A stretch of 64,000 nucleotides of DNA, from positions 496,001 to 560,000 of the forward strand of contig CAXKVF010000074.1 of NCBI GenBank assembly GCA_964057225.1, in the 5' to 3' direction. Positions 27,281-42,200 of this stretch are shown in pieces (within the stretch, counting starts at the first letter, position 1; each line of letters begins with the position of its first letter). Below the pieces are notes generated by a model. The model ran no database searches. It was not told where the DNA came from and worked only from the letters and a program-made list of their open reading frames with translations. Made by a program: the position numbers and the translations under genes. This stretch comes from Auanema rhodensis (Eukaryota > Animalia > Nematoda).

Positions 27281-30200
27281 ACTTGGTATGTAACTCGCTT
27301 CACGTGAAAGATAAAGAGATGCGGTTTTCAAAATTAGATTCCCCATGTCCATATTAGTCTAAAAACAAATTTTTATTGATATTGGTGCATGGTAACCATG
27401 ACTTTGAAATTTACGTGAACTTTAATTTATGCTAATTAAATGTACACGTGATGTGCTCTTGGTATGTAACTCGCTTCACGTGAAAGATAAAGAGATGCGG
27501 TTTTCAAAATTAGATTACCCATGTCCATATTAGTCTAAAAACAAATTTTTATTGATATTGGTGCATGGTAACCATGACTTTGAAATTTACGTGAACTTTA
27601 ATTTATGCTAATTAAATGTACACGTGATGTGCTCTTGGTATGTAACTCGCTTCACGTGAAAGATAAAGAGATGCGGTTTTCAAAATTAGATTACCCATGT
27701 CCATAATAGTCTAAAAACAAATTTTTATTGATATTGGTGCATGGTAACCATGACTTTGAAATTTACGTGAACTTTAATTTATGCTAATTAAATGTACACG
27801 TGATGTGCACTTGGTATGTAACTCGCTTCACGTGAAAGATAAAGAGATGCGGTTTTCAAAATTAGATTCCCCATGTCCATATTAGTCTAAAAACAAATTT
27901 TTATTGATATTGGTGCATGGTAACCATGACTTTGAAATTTACGTGAACTTTAATTTATGCTAATTAAATGTACACGTGATGTGCACTTGGTATGTAACTC
28001 GCTTCACGTGAAAGATAAAGAGATGCGGTTTTCAAAATTAGATTCCCCATGTCCATATTAGTCTAAAAACAAATTTTTATTGATATTGGTTCATGGTAAC
28101 CATGACTTTGAAATTTACGTGAACTTTAATTTATGCTAATTAAATGTACACGTGATGTGCACTTGGTATGTAACTCGCTTCACGTGAAAGTTAAAGAGAT
28201 GCGGTTTTCAAAATTAGAATACCCATGTCCATATTAGTCTAAAAACAAATTTTTATTGATATTGGTGCATGGTAACCATGACTTTGAAATTTACGTGAAC
28301 TTTAATTTATGCTAATTAAATGTACGCGTGATGTGCACTCGGTATGTAACTCGCTTCACGTGAAAGATAAAGAGATGCGGTTTTCAAAATTAGATTCCTC
28401 ATGTCCATATTAGTCTAAAAACAAATTTTTATTGATATTGGTGCATGGTAACCATGACTTTGAAATTTACGTGAACTTTAATTTATGCTAATTAAATGTA
28501 CACGTGATGTGCACTTGGTATGTAACTCGCTTCACGTGAAAGATAAAGAGATGCGGTTTTCAAAATTAGATTCCCCATGTCCATATTAGTCTAAAAACAA
28601 ATTTTTATTGATATTGGTTCATGGTAACCATGACTTTGAAATTTACGTGAACTTTAATTTATGCTAATTAAATGTACACGTGATGTGCACTTGGTATGTA
28701 ACTCGCTTCACGTGAAAGATAAAGAGATGCGGTTTTCAAAATTAGATTCCCCATGTCCATATTAGTCTAAAAACAAATTTTTATTGATATTGGTGCATGG
28801 TAACCATGACTTTGAAATTTACGTGAACTTTAATTTATGCTAATTAAATGTACACGTGATGTGCTCTTGGTATGTAACTCGCTTCACGTGAAAGATAAAG
28901 AGATGCGGTTTTCAAAATTAGATTCCCCATGTCCATATTAGTCTAAAAACAAATTTTTATTGATATTGGTGCATGGTAACCATGACTTTGAAATTTACGT
29001 GAACTTTAATTTATGCTAATTAAATGTACACGTGATGTGCACTTGGTATGTAACTCGCTTCACGTGAAAGATAAAGAGATGCGGTTTTCAAAATTAGATT
29101 CCCCATGTCCATATTAGTCTAAAAACAAATTTTTATTGATATTGGTTCATGGTAACCATGACTTTGAAATTTACGTGAACTTTAATTTATGCTAATTAAA
29201 TGTACACGTGATGTGCACTTGGTATGTAACTCGCTTCACGTGAAAGTTAAAGAGATGCGGTTTTCAAAATTAGATTACCCATGTCCATATTAGTCTAAAA
29301 ACAAATTTTTCTTGATATTGGTTCATGGTAACCATGACTTTGAAATTTACGTGAACTTTAATTTATGCTAATTAAATGTACACGTGATGTGCACTTGGTA
29401 TGTAACTCGCTTCACGTGAAAGATAAAGAGATGCGGTTTTCAAAATTAGATCCCCCATGTCCATATTAGTCTGAATACTAATTTTTATTGATATTGGTGC
29501 ATGGTAACCATGACTTTGAAATTTACGTGAACTTTAATTTATGCTAATTAAATGTACACGTGATGTGCACTTGGTATGTAACTCGCTTCACGTGAAAGAT
29601 AAAGAGATGCGGTTTTCAAAATTAGATTCCCCATGTCCATATTAGTCTAAAAACAAATTTTTATTGATATTGGTGCATGGTAACCATGACTTTGAAATTT
29701 ACGTGAACTTTAATTTATGCTAATTAAATGTACACGTGATGTGCACTTGGTATGTAACTCGCTTCACGTGAAAGATAAAGAGATGCGGTTTTCAAAATTA
29801 GATTCCCCATGTCCATATTAGTCTAAAAACAAATTTTTATTGATATTGGTGCATGGTAACCATGACTTTGAAATTTACGTGAACTTTAATTTATGCTAAT
29901 TAAATGTACACGTGATGTGCACTTGGTATGTAACTTGCTTCACGTGAAAGATAAAGAGATGCGGTTTTCAAAATTAGATTGCCCATGTCCATATTAGTCT
30001 AAAAACAAATTTTAATTGATATTGGTTCATGGTAACCATGACTTTGAAATTTACGTGAACTTTAATTTATGCTAATTAAATGTACACGTGATGTGCACTT
30101 GGTATGTAACTCGCTTCACGTGAAAGATAAAGAGATGCGGTTTTCAAAGTTAGATTCCCCATGTCCATATTAGTCTAAAAACAAATTTTTATTGATATTG

Positions 30201-33200
30201 GTGCATGGTAACCATGACTTTGAAATTTACGTGAACTTTAATTTATGCTAATTAAATGTACACGTGATGTGCACTTGGTATGTAACTCGCTTCACGTGAA
30301 AGATGAAGAGATGCGGTTTTCAAAATTAGATTCCCCATGTCCATATTAGTCTAAAAACAAATTTTTATTGATATTGGTGCATGGTAACCATGACTTTGAA
30401 ATTTACGTGAACTTTAATTTATGCTAATTAAATGTACACGTGATGTGCACTTGGTATGTAACTCGCTTCACGTGAAAGATAAAGAGATGCGGTTTTCAAA
30501 ATTAGATTCCCCATGTCCATATTAGTCTAAAAACAAATTTTTATTGATATTGGTGCATGGTAACCATGACTTTGAAATTTACGTGAACTTTAATTTATGC
30601 TAATTAAATGTACACGTGATGTGCACTTGGTATGTAACTCGCTTCACGTGAAAGATAAAGAGATGCGGTTTTCAAAATTAGATTCCCCATGTCCATATTA
30701 GTCTAAAAACAAATTTTTGTTGATATTGATGCATGGTAACCATGACTTTGAAATTTACGTGAACTTTAATTTATGCTTATTAAGTGTACACGTGATGTGC
30801 ACTTGGTATGTAACTTGCTTCACGTGAAAGATAAAGAGATGCGGTTTTCAAAATTAGATTGCCCATGCCCATATTAGTCTAAAAATAAATTTTTATTGAT
30901 ATTGGTGCATGGTAACCATGACTTTGAAATTTACGTGAACTTTAATTTATGCTAATTAAATGTACACGTGATGTGCACTTGGTATGTAACTCGCTTCACG
31001 TAAAAGATAAAGAGATGCGGTTTTCAAAATTAGATTGCCCATGTCCATATTAGTCTGAAAACAAATTTTTATTGATATTGGTGCATGGTAACCATGACTT
31101 TGAAATTTACGTGAACTTTAATTTATGCTAATTAAATGTACACGTGATGTGCACTCGGTATGTAACTCGCTTCACGTGAAAGATAAAGAGATGCGGTTTT
31201 CAAAATTAGATTCCTCATGTCCATATTAGTCTAAAAACAAATTTTTATTGATATTGGTGCATGGTAACCATGACTTTGAAATTTACGTGAACTTTAATTT
31301 ATGCTAATTAAATGTACACGTGATGTGCACTTGGTATGTAACTCGCTTCACGTGAAAGATAAAGAGATGCGGTTTTCAAAATTAGATTGCCCATGTCCAT
31401 ATTAGTCTAAAAACAAATTTTTATTGATATTGGTTCATGGTAACCATGACTTTGAAATTTACGTGAACTTTAATTTATGCTAATTAAATGTACACGTGAT
31501 GTGCACTTGGTATGTAACTCGCTTCACGTGAAAGATAAAGAGATACGGTTTTCAAAATTAGATTCCCCATGTCCATATTAGTCTAAAAACAAATTTTTAT
31601 TGATATTGGTGCATGGTAACCGTGACTTTGAAATTTACGTGAACTTTAATTTATGCTAATTAAATGTACACGTGATGTGCACTTGGTATGTAACTCGCTT
31701 CACGTGAAAGATAAAGAGATGCGGTTTTCAAAATTAGATTGCCCATGTCCATATTAGTCTAAAAACAAATTTTAATTGATATTGGTTCATGGTAACCATG
31801 ACTTTGAAATTTACGTGAACATTAATTTATGCTAATTAAATGTACACGTGATGTGCACTTGGTATGTAACTCGCTTCACGTGAAAGATAAAGAGATGCGG
31901 TTTTCAAAATTAGATTCCCCATGTCCATATTAGTCTAAAAACAAATTTTTATTGATATTGGTGCATGGTAACCATGACTTTGAAATTTACGTGAACTTTA
32001 ATTTATGCTAATTAAATGTACACGTGATGTGCACTTGGTATGTAACTCGCTTCACGTGAAAGATGAAGAGATGCGGTTTTCAAAATTAGATTCCCCATGT
32101 CCATATTAGTCTAAAAACAAATTTTTATTGATATTGGTGCATGGTAACCATGACTTTGAAATTTACGTGAACTTTAATTTATGCTAATTAAATGTACACG
32201 TGATGTGCACTTGGTATGTAACTCGCTTCACGTGAAAGATAAAGAGATGCGGTTTTCAAAATTAGATTCCCCATGTCCATATTAGTCTAAAAACAAATTT
32301 TTATTGATATTGGTGCATGGTAACCATGACTTTGAAATTTACGTGAACTTTAATTTATGCTAATTAAATGTACACGTGATGTGCACTTGGTATGTAACTC
32401 GCTTCACGTGAAAGATAAAGAGATGCGGTTTTCAAAATTAGATTCCCCATGTCCATATTAGTCTAAAAACAAATTTTTATTGATATTGGTGCATGGTAAC
32501 CATGACTTTGAAATTTACGTGAACTTTAATTTATGCTAATTAAATGTACACGTGATGTGCACTTGGTATGTAACTCGCTTCACGTGAAAGATAAAGAGAT
32601 GCGGTTTTCAAAATTAGATTCCCCATGTCCATATTAGTCTAAAAACAAATTTTTATTGATATTGGTGCATGGTAACCATGACTTTGAAATTTACGTGAAC
32701 TTTAATTTATGCTAATTAAATGTACACGTGATGTGCACTTGGTATGTAACTCGCTTCACGTGAAAGATAAAGAGATGCGGTTTTCAAAATTAGATTCCCC
32801 ATGTCCATATTAGTCTAAAAACGAATTTTTATTGATATTGGTGCATGGTAACCACGACTTTGAAATTTACGTGAACTTTAATTTATGCTAATTAAATGTA
32901 CACGTGATGTGCACTTGGTATGTAACTCGCTTCACGTGAAAGATAAAGAGATGCGGTTTTCAAAATTAGATTCCCCATGTCCATATTAGTCTAAAAACAA
33001 ATTTTTATTGATATTGGTTCATGGTAACCATGACTTTGAAATTTACGTGAACTTTAATTTATGCTAATTAAATGTACACGTGATGTGCACTTGGTATGTA
33101 ACTCGCTTCACGTGAAAGATAAAGAGATGCGGTTTTCAAAATTAGATTCCCCATGTCCATATTAGTCTAAAAACAAATTTTTATTGATATTGGTGCATGG

Positions 33201-36200
33201 TAACCATGACTTTGAAATTTACGTGAACTTTAATTTATGCTAATTAAATGTACACGTGATGTGCACTTGGTATGTAACTCGCTTCACGTGAAAGATGAAG
33301 AGATGCGGTTTTCAAAATTAGATCCCCCATGTCCATATTAGTCTAAAAACAAATTTTTATTGATATTGGTTCATGGTAACCATGACTTTGAAATTTACGT
33401 GAACTTTAATTTATGCTAATTAAATGTACACGTGATGTGCACTTGGTATGTAACTCGCTTCACGTGAAAGATAAAGAGATGCGGTTTTCAAAATTAGATT
33501 CCCGATGTCCATATTAGTCTAAAAACAAATTTTTATTGATATTGGTTCATGGTAACCATGACTTTGAAATTTACGTGAACTTTAATTTATGCTAATTAAA
33601 TGTACACGTGATGTGCACTTGGTATGTAACTCGCTTCACGTGAAAGATAAAGAGATGCGGTTTTCAAAATTAGATTCCCGATGTCCATATTAGTCTAAAA
33701 ACAAATTTTTATTGATATTGGTTCATGGTAACCATGACTTTGAAATTTACGTGAACTTTAATTTATGCTAATTAAATGTACACGTGATGTGCACTTGGTA
33801 TGTAACTCGCTTCACGTGAAAGATAAAGAGATGCGGTTTTCAAAGTTAGATTCCCCATGTCCATATTAGTCTAAAAACAAATTTTTATTGATATTGGTTC
33901 ATGGTAACCATGACTTTGAAATTTACGTGAACTTTAATTTATGCTAATTAAATGTACACGTGATGTGCACTTGGTATGTAACTCGCTTCACGTGAAAGAT
34001 AAAGAGATGCGGTTTTCAAAATTAGATTCCCCATGTCCATATTAGTCTAAAAACAAATTTTTATTGATATTGGTGCATGGTAACCATGACTTTGAAATTT
34101 ACGTGAACTTTAATTTATGCTAATTAAATGTACACGTGATGTGCACTTGGTATGTAACTCGCTTCACGTGAAAGATAAAGAGATGCGGTTTTCAAAATTA
34201 GATTCCCCATGTCCATATTAGTCTAAAAACAAATTTTTATTGATATTGGTGCATGGTAACCATGACTTTGAAATTTACGTGAACTTTAATTTATGCTAAT
34301 TAAATGTACACGTGATGTGCACTTGGTATGTAACTCGCTTCACGTGAAAGATAAAGAGATGCGGTTTTCATAATTAGATTCCCCATGTCCATATTAGTCT
34401 AAAAACAAATTTTTATTGATATTGGTGCATGGTAACCATGACTTTGAAATTTACGTGAACTTTAATTTATGCTAATTAAATGTACACGTGATGTGCACTT
34501 GGTATGTAACTCGCTTCACGTGAAAGATAAAGAGATGCGGTTTTCAAAATTAGATTCCCCATGTCCATATTAGTCTAAAAACAAATTTTTATTGATATTG
34601 GTTCATGGTAACCATGACTTTGAAATTTACGTGAACTTTAATTTATGCTAATTAAATGTACACGTGATGTGCACTTGGTATGTAACTCGCTTCACGTGAA
34701 AGATAAAGAGATGCGGTTTTCAAAATTAGATTCCCCATGTCCATATTAGTCTAAAAACAAATTTTTATTGATATTGGTGCATGGTAACCATGACTTTGAA
34801 ATTTACGTGAACTTTAATTTATGCTAATTAAATGTACACGTGATGTGCACTTGGTATGTAACTCGCTTCACGTGAAAGATAAAGAGATGCGGTTTTCAAA
34901 ATTAGATTCCCCATGTCCATATTAGTCTAAAAACGAATTTTTATTGATATTGGTGCATGGTAACCATGACTTTGAATTTTACGTGAACTTTAATTTATGC
35001 TAATTAAATGTACACGTGATGTGCACTTGGTATGTAACTCGCTTCAAGTGAAAGATAAAGAGATGCGGTTTTCAAGATTAGATTCCCCATGTCCATATTA
35101 GTCTAAAAACAAATTTTTATTGATATTGCTTCATGGTAACCATGACTTTGAAATTTACGTGAACTTTAATTTATGCTAATTAAATGTACACGTGATGTGC
35201 ACTTGGTATGTAACTCACTTCACGTAAAAGATAAAGAGATGCGGTTTTCAAAATTAGATTCCCCATGTCCATATTAGTCTAAAAACAAATTTTAATTGAT
35301 ATTGGTTCATGGTAACCATGACTTTGAAATTTACGTGAACTTTAATTTATGCTAATTAAATGTACACGTGATGTGCACTTGGTATGTAACTCGCTTCACG
35401 TGAAAGATAAAGAGATGCGGTTTTCAAAGTTAGATTCCCCATGTCCATATTAGTCTAAAAACAAATTTTTATTGATATTGGTGCATGGTAACCATGACTT
35501 TGAAATTTACGTGAACTTTAATTTATGCTAATTAAATGTACACGTGATGTGCACTTGGTATGTAACTCGCTTCACGTGAAAGATGAAGAGATGCGGTTTT
35601 CAAAATTAGATTCCCCATGTCCATATTAGTCTAAAAACAAATTTTTATTGATATTGGTGCATGGTAACCATGACTTTGAAATTTACGTGAACTTTAATTT
35701 ATGCTAATTAAATGTACACGTGATGTGCACTTGGTATGTAACTCGCTTCACGTGAAAGATAAAGAGATGCGGTTTTCAAAATTAGATTCCCCATGTCCAT
35801 ATTAGTCTAAAAACAAATTTTTATTGATATTGGTGCATGGTAACCATGACTTTGAAATTTACGTGAACTTTAATTTATGCTAATTAAATGTACACGTGAT
35901 GTGCACTTGGTATGTAACTCGCTTCACGTGAAAGATAAAGAGATGCGGTTTTCAAAATTAGATTGCCCATGTCCATATTAGTCTAAAAACAAATTTTAAT
36001 TGATATTGGTTCATGGTAACCATGACTTTGAAATTTACGTGAACTTTAATTTATGCTAATTAAATGTACACGTGATGTGCACTTGGTATGTAACTCGCTT
36101 CACGTGAAAGATAAAGAGATGCGGTTTTCAAAATTAGATTGCCCATGCCCATATTAGTCTAAAAACAAATTTTTATTGATATTGGTGCATGGTAACCATG

Positions 36201-39200
36201 ACTTTGAAATTTACGTGAACTTTAATTTATGCTAATTAAATGTACACGTGATGTGCACTTGGTATGTAACTCGCTTCACGTGAAAGATAAAGAGATGCGG
36301 TTTTCAAAGTTAGATTCCCCATGTCCATATTAGTCTAAAAACAAATTTTTATTGATATTGGTGCATGGTAACCATGACTTTGAAATTTACGTGAACTTTA
36401 ATTTATGCTAATTAAATGTACACGTGATGTGCACTTGGTATGTAACTCGCTTCACGTGAAAGATGAAGAGATGCGGTTTTCAAAATTAGATTCCCCATGT
36501 CCATATTAGTCTAAAAACAAATTTTTATTGATATTGGTGCATGGTAACCATGACTTTGAAATTTACGTGAACTTTAATTTATGCTAATTAAATGTACACG
36601 TGATGTGCACTTGGTATGTAACTCGCTTCACGTGAAAGATAAAGAGATGCGGTTTTCAAAATTAGATTCCCCATGTCCATATTAGTCTAAAAACAAATTT
36701 TTATTGATATTGGTGCATGGTAACCATGACTTTGAAATTTACGTGAACTTTAATTTATGCTAATTAAATGTACACGTGATGTGCACTTGGTATGTAACTC
36801 GCTTCACGTGAAAGATAAAGAGATGCGGTTTTCAAAATTAGATTGCCCATGTCCATATTAGTCTAAAAACAAATTTTAATTGATATTGGTTCATGGTAAC
36901 CATGACTTTGAAATTTACGTGAACTTTAATTTATGCTAATTAAATGTACACGTGATGTGCACTTGGTATGTAACTCGCTTCACGTGAAAGATAAAGAGAT
37001 GCGGTTTTCAAAATTAGATTGCCCATGCCCATATTAGTCTAAAAACAAATTTTTATTGATATTGGTGCATGGTAACCATGACTTTGAAATTTACGTGAAC
37101 TTTAATTTATGCTAATTAAATGTACACGTGATGTGCACTTGGTATGTAACTCGCTTCACGTAAAAGATAAAGAGATGCGGTTTTCAAAATTAGATTGCCC
37201 ATGTCCATATTAGTCTGAAAACAAATTTTTATTGATATTGGTGCATGGTAACCATGACTTTGAAATTTACGTGAACTTTAATTTATGCTAATTAAATGTA
37301 CACGTGATGTGCACTCGGTATGTAACTCGCTTCACGTGAAAGATAAAGAGATGCGGTTTTCAAAATTAGATTCCTCATGTCCATATTAGTCTAAAAACAA
37401 ATTTTTATTGATATTGGTGCATGGTAACCATGACTTTGAAATTTACGTGAACTTTAATTTATGCTAATTAAATGTACACGTGATGTGCACTTGGTATGTA
37501 ACTCGCTTCACGTGAAAGATAAAGAGATGCGGTTTTCAAAATTAGATTGCCCATGTCCATATTAGTCTAAAAACAAATTTTTATTGATATTGGTTCATGG
37601 TAACCATGACTTTGAAATTTACGTGAACTTTAATTTATGCTAATTAAATGTACACGTGATGTGCACTTGGTATGTAACTCGCTTCACGTGAAAGATAAAG
37701 AGATGCGGTTTTCAAAATTAGATTCCCCATGTCCATATTAGTCTAAAAACAAATTTTTATTGATATTGGTGCATGGTAACCATGACTTTGAAATTTACGT
37801 GAACTTTAATTTATGCTAATTAAATGTACACGTGATGTGCACTTGGTATGTAACTCGCTTCACGTGAAAGATAAAGAGATGCGGTTTTCAAAATTAGATT
37901 CCCCATGTCCATATTAGTCTAAAAACGAATTTTTATTGATATTGGTGCATGGTAACCACGACTTTGAAATTTACGTGAACTTTAATTTATGCTAATTAAA
38001 TGTACACGTGATGTGCACTTGGTATGTAACTCGCTTCACGTGAAAGATAAAGAGATGCGGTTTTCAAAATTAGATTCCCCATGTCCATATTAGTCTAAAA
38101 ACAAATTTTTATTGATATTGGTTCATGGTAACCATGACTTTGAAATTTACGTGAACTTTAATTTATGCTAATTAAATGTACACGTGATGTGCACTTGGTA
38201 TGTAACTCGCTTCACGTGAAAGATAAAGAGATGCGGTTTTCAAAATTAGATTCCCCATGTCCATATTAGTCTAAAAACAAATTTTTATTGATATTGGTGC
38301 ATGGTAACCATGACTTTGAAATTTACGTGAACTTTAATTTATGCTAATTAAATGTACACGTGATGTGCACTTGGTATGTAACTCGCTTCACGTGAAAGAT
38401 GAAGAGATGCGGTTTTCAAAATTAGATTCCCCATGTCCATATTAGTCTAAAAACAAATTTTTATTGATATTGGTGCATGGTAACCATGACTTTGAAATTT
38501 ACGTGAACTTTAATTTATGCTAATTAAATGTACACGTGATGTGCACTTGGTATGTAACTCGCTTCACGTGAAAGATAAAGAGATGCGGTTTTCAAAATTA
38601 GATCCCCCATGTCCATATTAGTCTAAAAACAAATTTTTATTGATATTGGTTCATGGTAACCATGACTTTGAAATTTACGTGAACTTTAATTTATGCTAAT
38701 TAAATGTACACGTGATGTGCACTTGGTATGTAACTCGCTTCACGTGAAAGATAAAGAGATGCGGTTTTCAAAATTAGATTCCCCATGTCCATATTAGTCT
38801 AAAAACGAATTTTTATTGATATTGGTGCATGGTAACCACGACTTTGAAATTTACGTGAACTTTAATTTATGCTAATTAAATGTACACGTGATGTGCACTT
38901 GGTATGTAACTCGCTTCACGTGAAAGATAAAGAGATGCGGTTTTCAAAATTAGATTCCCCATGTCCATATTAGTCTAAAAACAAATTTTTATTGATATTG
39001 GTTCATGGTAACCATGACTTTGAAATTTACGTGAACTTTAATTTATGCTAATTAAATGTACACGTGATGTGCACTTGGTATGTAACTCGCTTCACGTGAA
39101 AGATAAAGAGATGCGGTTTTCAAAGTTAGATTCCCCATGTCCATATTAGTCTAAAAACAAATTTTTATTGATATTGGTTCATGGTAACCATGACTTTGAA

Positions 39201-42200
39201 ATTTACGTGAACTTTAATTTATGCTAATTAAATGTACACGTGATGTGCACTTGGTATGTAACTCGCTTCACGTGAAAGATAAAGAGATGCGGTTTTCAAA
39301 ATTAGATTCCCCATGTCCATATTAGTCTAAAAACAAATTTTTATTGATATTGGTGCATGGTAACCATGACTTTGAAATTTACGTGAACTTTAATTTATGC
39401 TAATTAAATGTACACGTGATGTGCACTTGGTATGTAACTCGCTTCACGTGAAAGATAAAGAGATGCGGTTTTCAAAATTAGATTCCCCATGTCCATATTA
39501 GTCTAAAAACAAATTTTTATTGATATTGGTGCATGGTAACCATGACTTTGAAATTTACGTGAACTTTAATTTATGCTAATTAAATGTACACGTGATGTGC
39601 ACTTGGTATGTAACTCGCTTCACGTGAAAGATAAAGAGATGCGGTTTTCAAAATTAGATTCCCCATGTCCATATTAGTCTAAAAACAAATTTTTATTGAT
39701 ATTGGTGCATGGTAACCATGACTTTGAAATTTACGTGAACTTTAATTTATGCTAATTAAATGTACACGTGATGTGCACTTGGTATGTAACTCGCTTCACG
39801 TGAAAGATAAAGAGATGCGGTTTTCAAAATTAGATTCCCCATGTCCATATTAGTCTAAAAACAAATTTTTATTGATATTGGTGCCTGGTAACCATGACTT
39901 TGAAATTTACGTGAACTTTAATTTATGCTAATTAAATGTACACGTGATGTGCACTTGGTATGTAACTCGCTTCACGTAAAAGATAAAGAGATGCGGTTTC
40001 CAAAATTAGATTCCCCATGTCCATATTAGTCTAAAAACAAATTTTTATTGATATTGGTGCATGGTAACCATGACTTTGAATTTTACGTGAACTTTAATTT
40101 ATGCTAATTAAATGTACACGTGATGTGCACTTGGTATGTAACTCGCTTCAAGTGAAAGATAAAGAGATGCGGTTTTCAAGATTAGATTCCCCATGTCCAT
40201 ATTAGTCTAAAAACAAATTTTTATTGATATTGCTTCATGGTAACCATGACTTTGAAATTTACGTGAACTTTAATTTATGCTAATTAAATGTACACGTGAT
40301 GTGCACTTGGTATGTAACTCACTTCACGTAAAAGATAAAGAGATGCGGTTTTCAAAATTAGATTCCCCATGTCCATATTGGTCTAAAAACAAATTTTTAT
40401 TGATATTGGTGCATGGTAACCATGACTTTGAATTTTACGTGAACTTTAATTTATGCTAATTAAATGTACACGTGATGTGCACTTGGTATGTAACTCGCTT
40501 CACGTGAAAGATAAAGAGATGCGGTTTTCAAAATTAGATTCCCCATGTCCATATTAGTCTAAAAACAAATTTTTATTGATATTGGTTCATGGTAACCATG
40601 ACTTTGAAATTTACGTGAACTTTAATTTATGCTAATTAAATGTACACGTGATGTGCACTTGGTATGTAACTCGCTTCACGTGAAAGATAAAGAGATGCGG
40701 TTTTCAAAATTAGATTCCCCATGTCCATATTAGTCTAAAAACAAATTTTTATTGATATTGGTTCATGGTAACCATGACTTTGAAATTTACGTGAACTTTA
40801 ATTTATGCTAATTAAATGTACACGTGATGTGCACTTGGTATGTAACTCGCTTCACGTGTAAGATAAAGAGATGCGGTTTTCAAAATTAGATTCCCCATGT
40901 CCATATTAGTCTAAAAACAAATTTTTATAAATATTGGTGCATGGTAACCATGACTTTGAAATTTACGTGAACTTTAATTTATGCTAATTAAATGTACACG
41001 TGATGTGCTCTTGGTATGTAACTCGCTTCACGTGAAAGATAAAGAGATGCGGTTTTCAAAATTAGATTCCCCATGTCCATATTAGTCTAAAAACAAATTT
41101 TTATTGATATTGGTTCATGGTAACCATGACTTTGAAATTTACGTGAACTTTAATTTATGCTAATTAAATGTACACGTGATGTGCACTTGGTATGTAACTC
41201 GCTTCACGTGAAAGATAAAGAGATGCGGTTTTCAAAATTAGATTCCCCATGTCCATATTAGTCTAAAAACAAATTTTTATTGATATTGGTTCATGGTAAC
41301 CATGACTTTGAAATTTACGTGAACTTTAATTTATGCTAATTAAATGTACACGTGATGTGCACTTGGTATGTAACTCGCTTCACGTGAAAGTTAAAGAGAT
41401 GCGGTTTTCAAAATTAGATTCCCCATGTCCATATTAGTCTAAAAACAAATTTTTATTGATATTGGTGCATGGTAACCATGACTTTGAAATTTACGTGAAC
41501 TTTAATTTATGCTAATTAAATGTACACGTGATGTGCACTTGGTATGTAACTCGCTTCACGTGAAAGATAAAGAGATGCGGTTTTCAAAATTATATTCCCC
41601 ATGTCCATATTAGTCTAAAAACAAATTTTTATTGATATTGGTGCATGGTAACCATGACTTTGAAATTTACGTGAACTTTAATTTATGCTAATTAAATGTA
41701 CACGTGATGTGCACTTGGTATGTAACTCGCTTCACGTGAAAGATAAAGAGATGCGGTTTTCAAAATTAGATTCCCCATGTCCATATTAGTCTAAAAACAA
41801 ATTTTTATTGATATTGGTGCATGGTAACCATGACTTTGAATTTTACGTGAACTTTAATTTATGCTAATTAAATGTACACGTGATGTGCACTTGGTATGTA
41901 ACTCGCTTTACGTGAAAGATAAAGAGATGCGGTTTTCAAAATTATATTCCCCATGTCCATATTAGTCTAAAAACAAATTTTTATTGATATTGGTGCATGG
42001 TAACCATGACTTTGAAATTTACGTGAACTTTAATTTATGCTAATTAAATGTACACGTGATGTGCACTTGGTATGTAACTCGCTTCACGTGAAAGATAAAG
42101 AGATGCGGTTTTCAAAATTAGATTCCCCATGTCCATATTAGTCTAAAAACAAATTTTTATTGATATTGGTCCATGGTAACCATGACTTTGAATTTTACGT

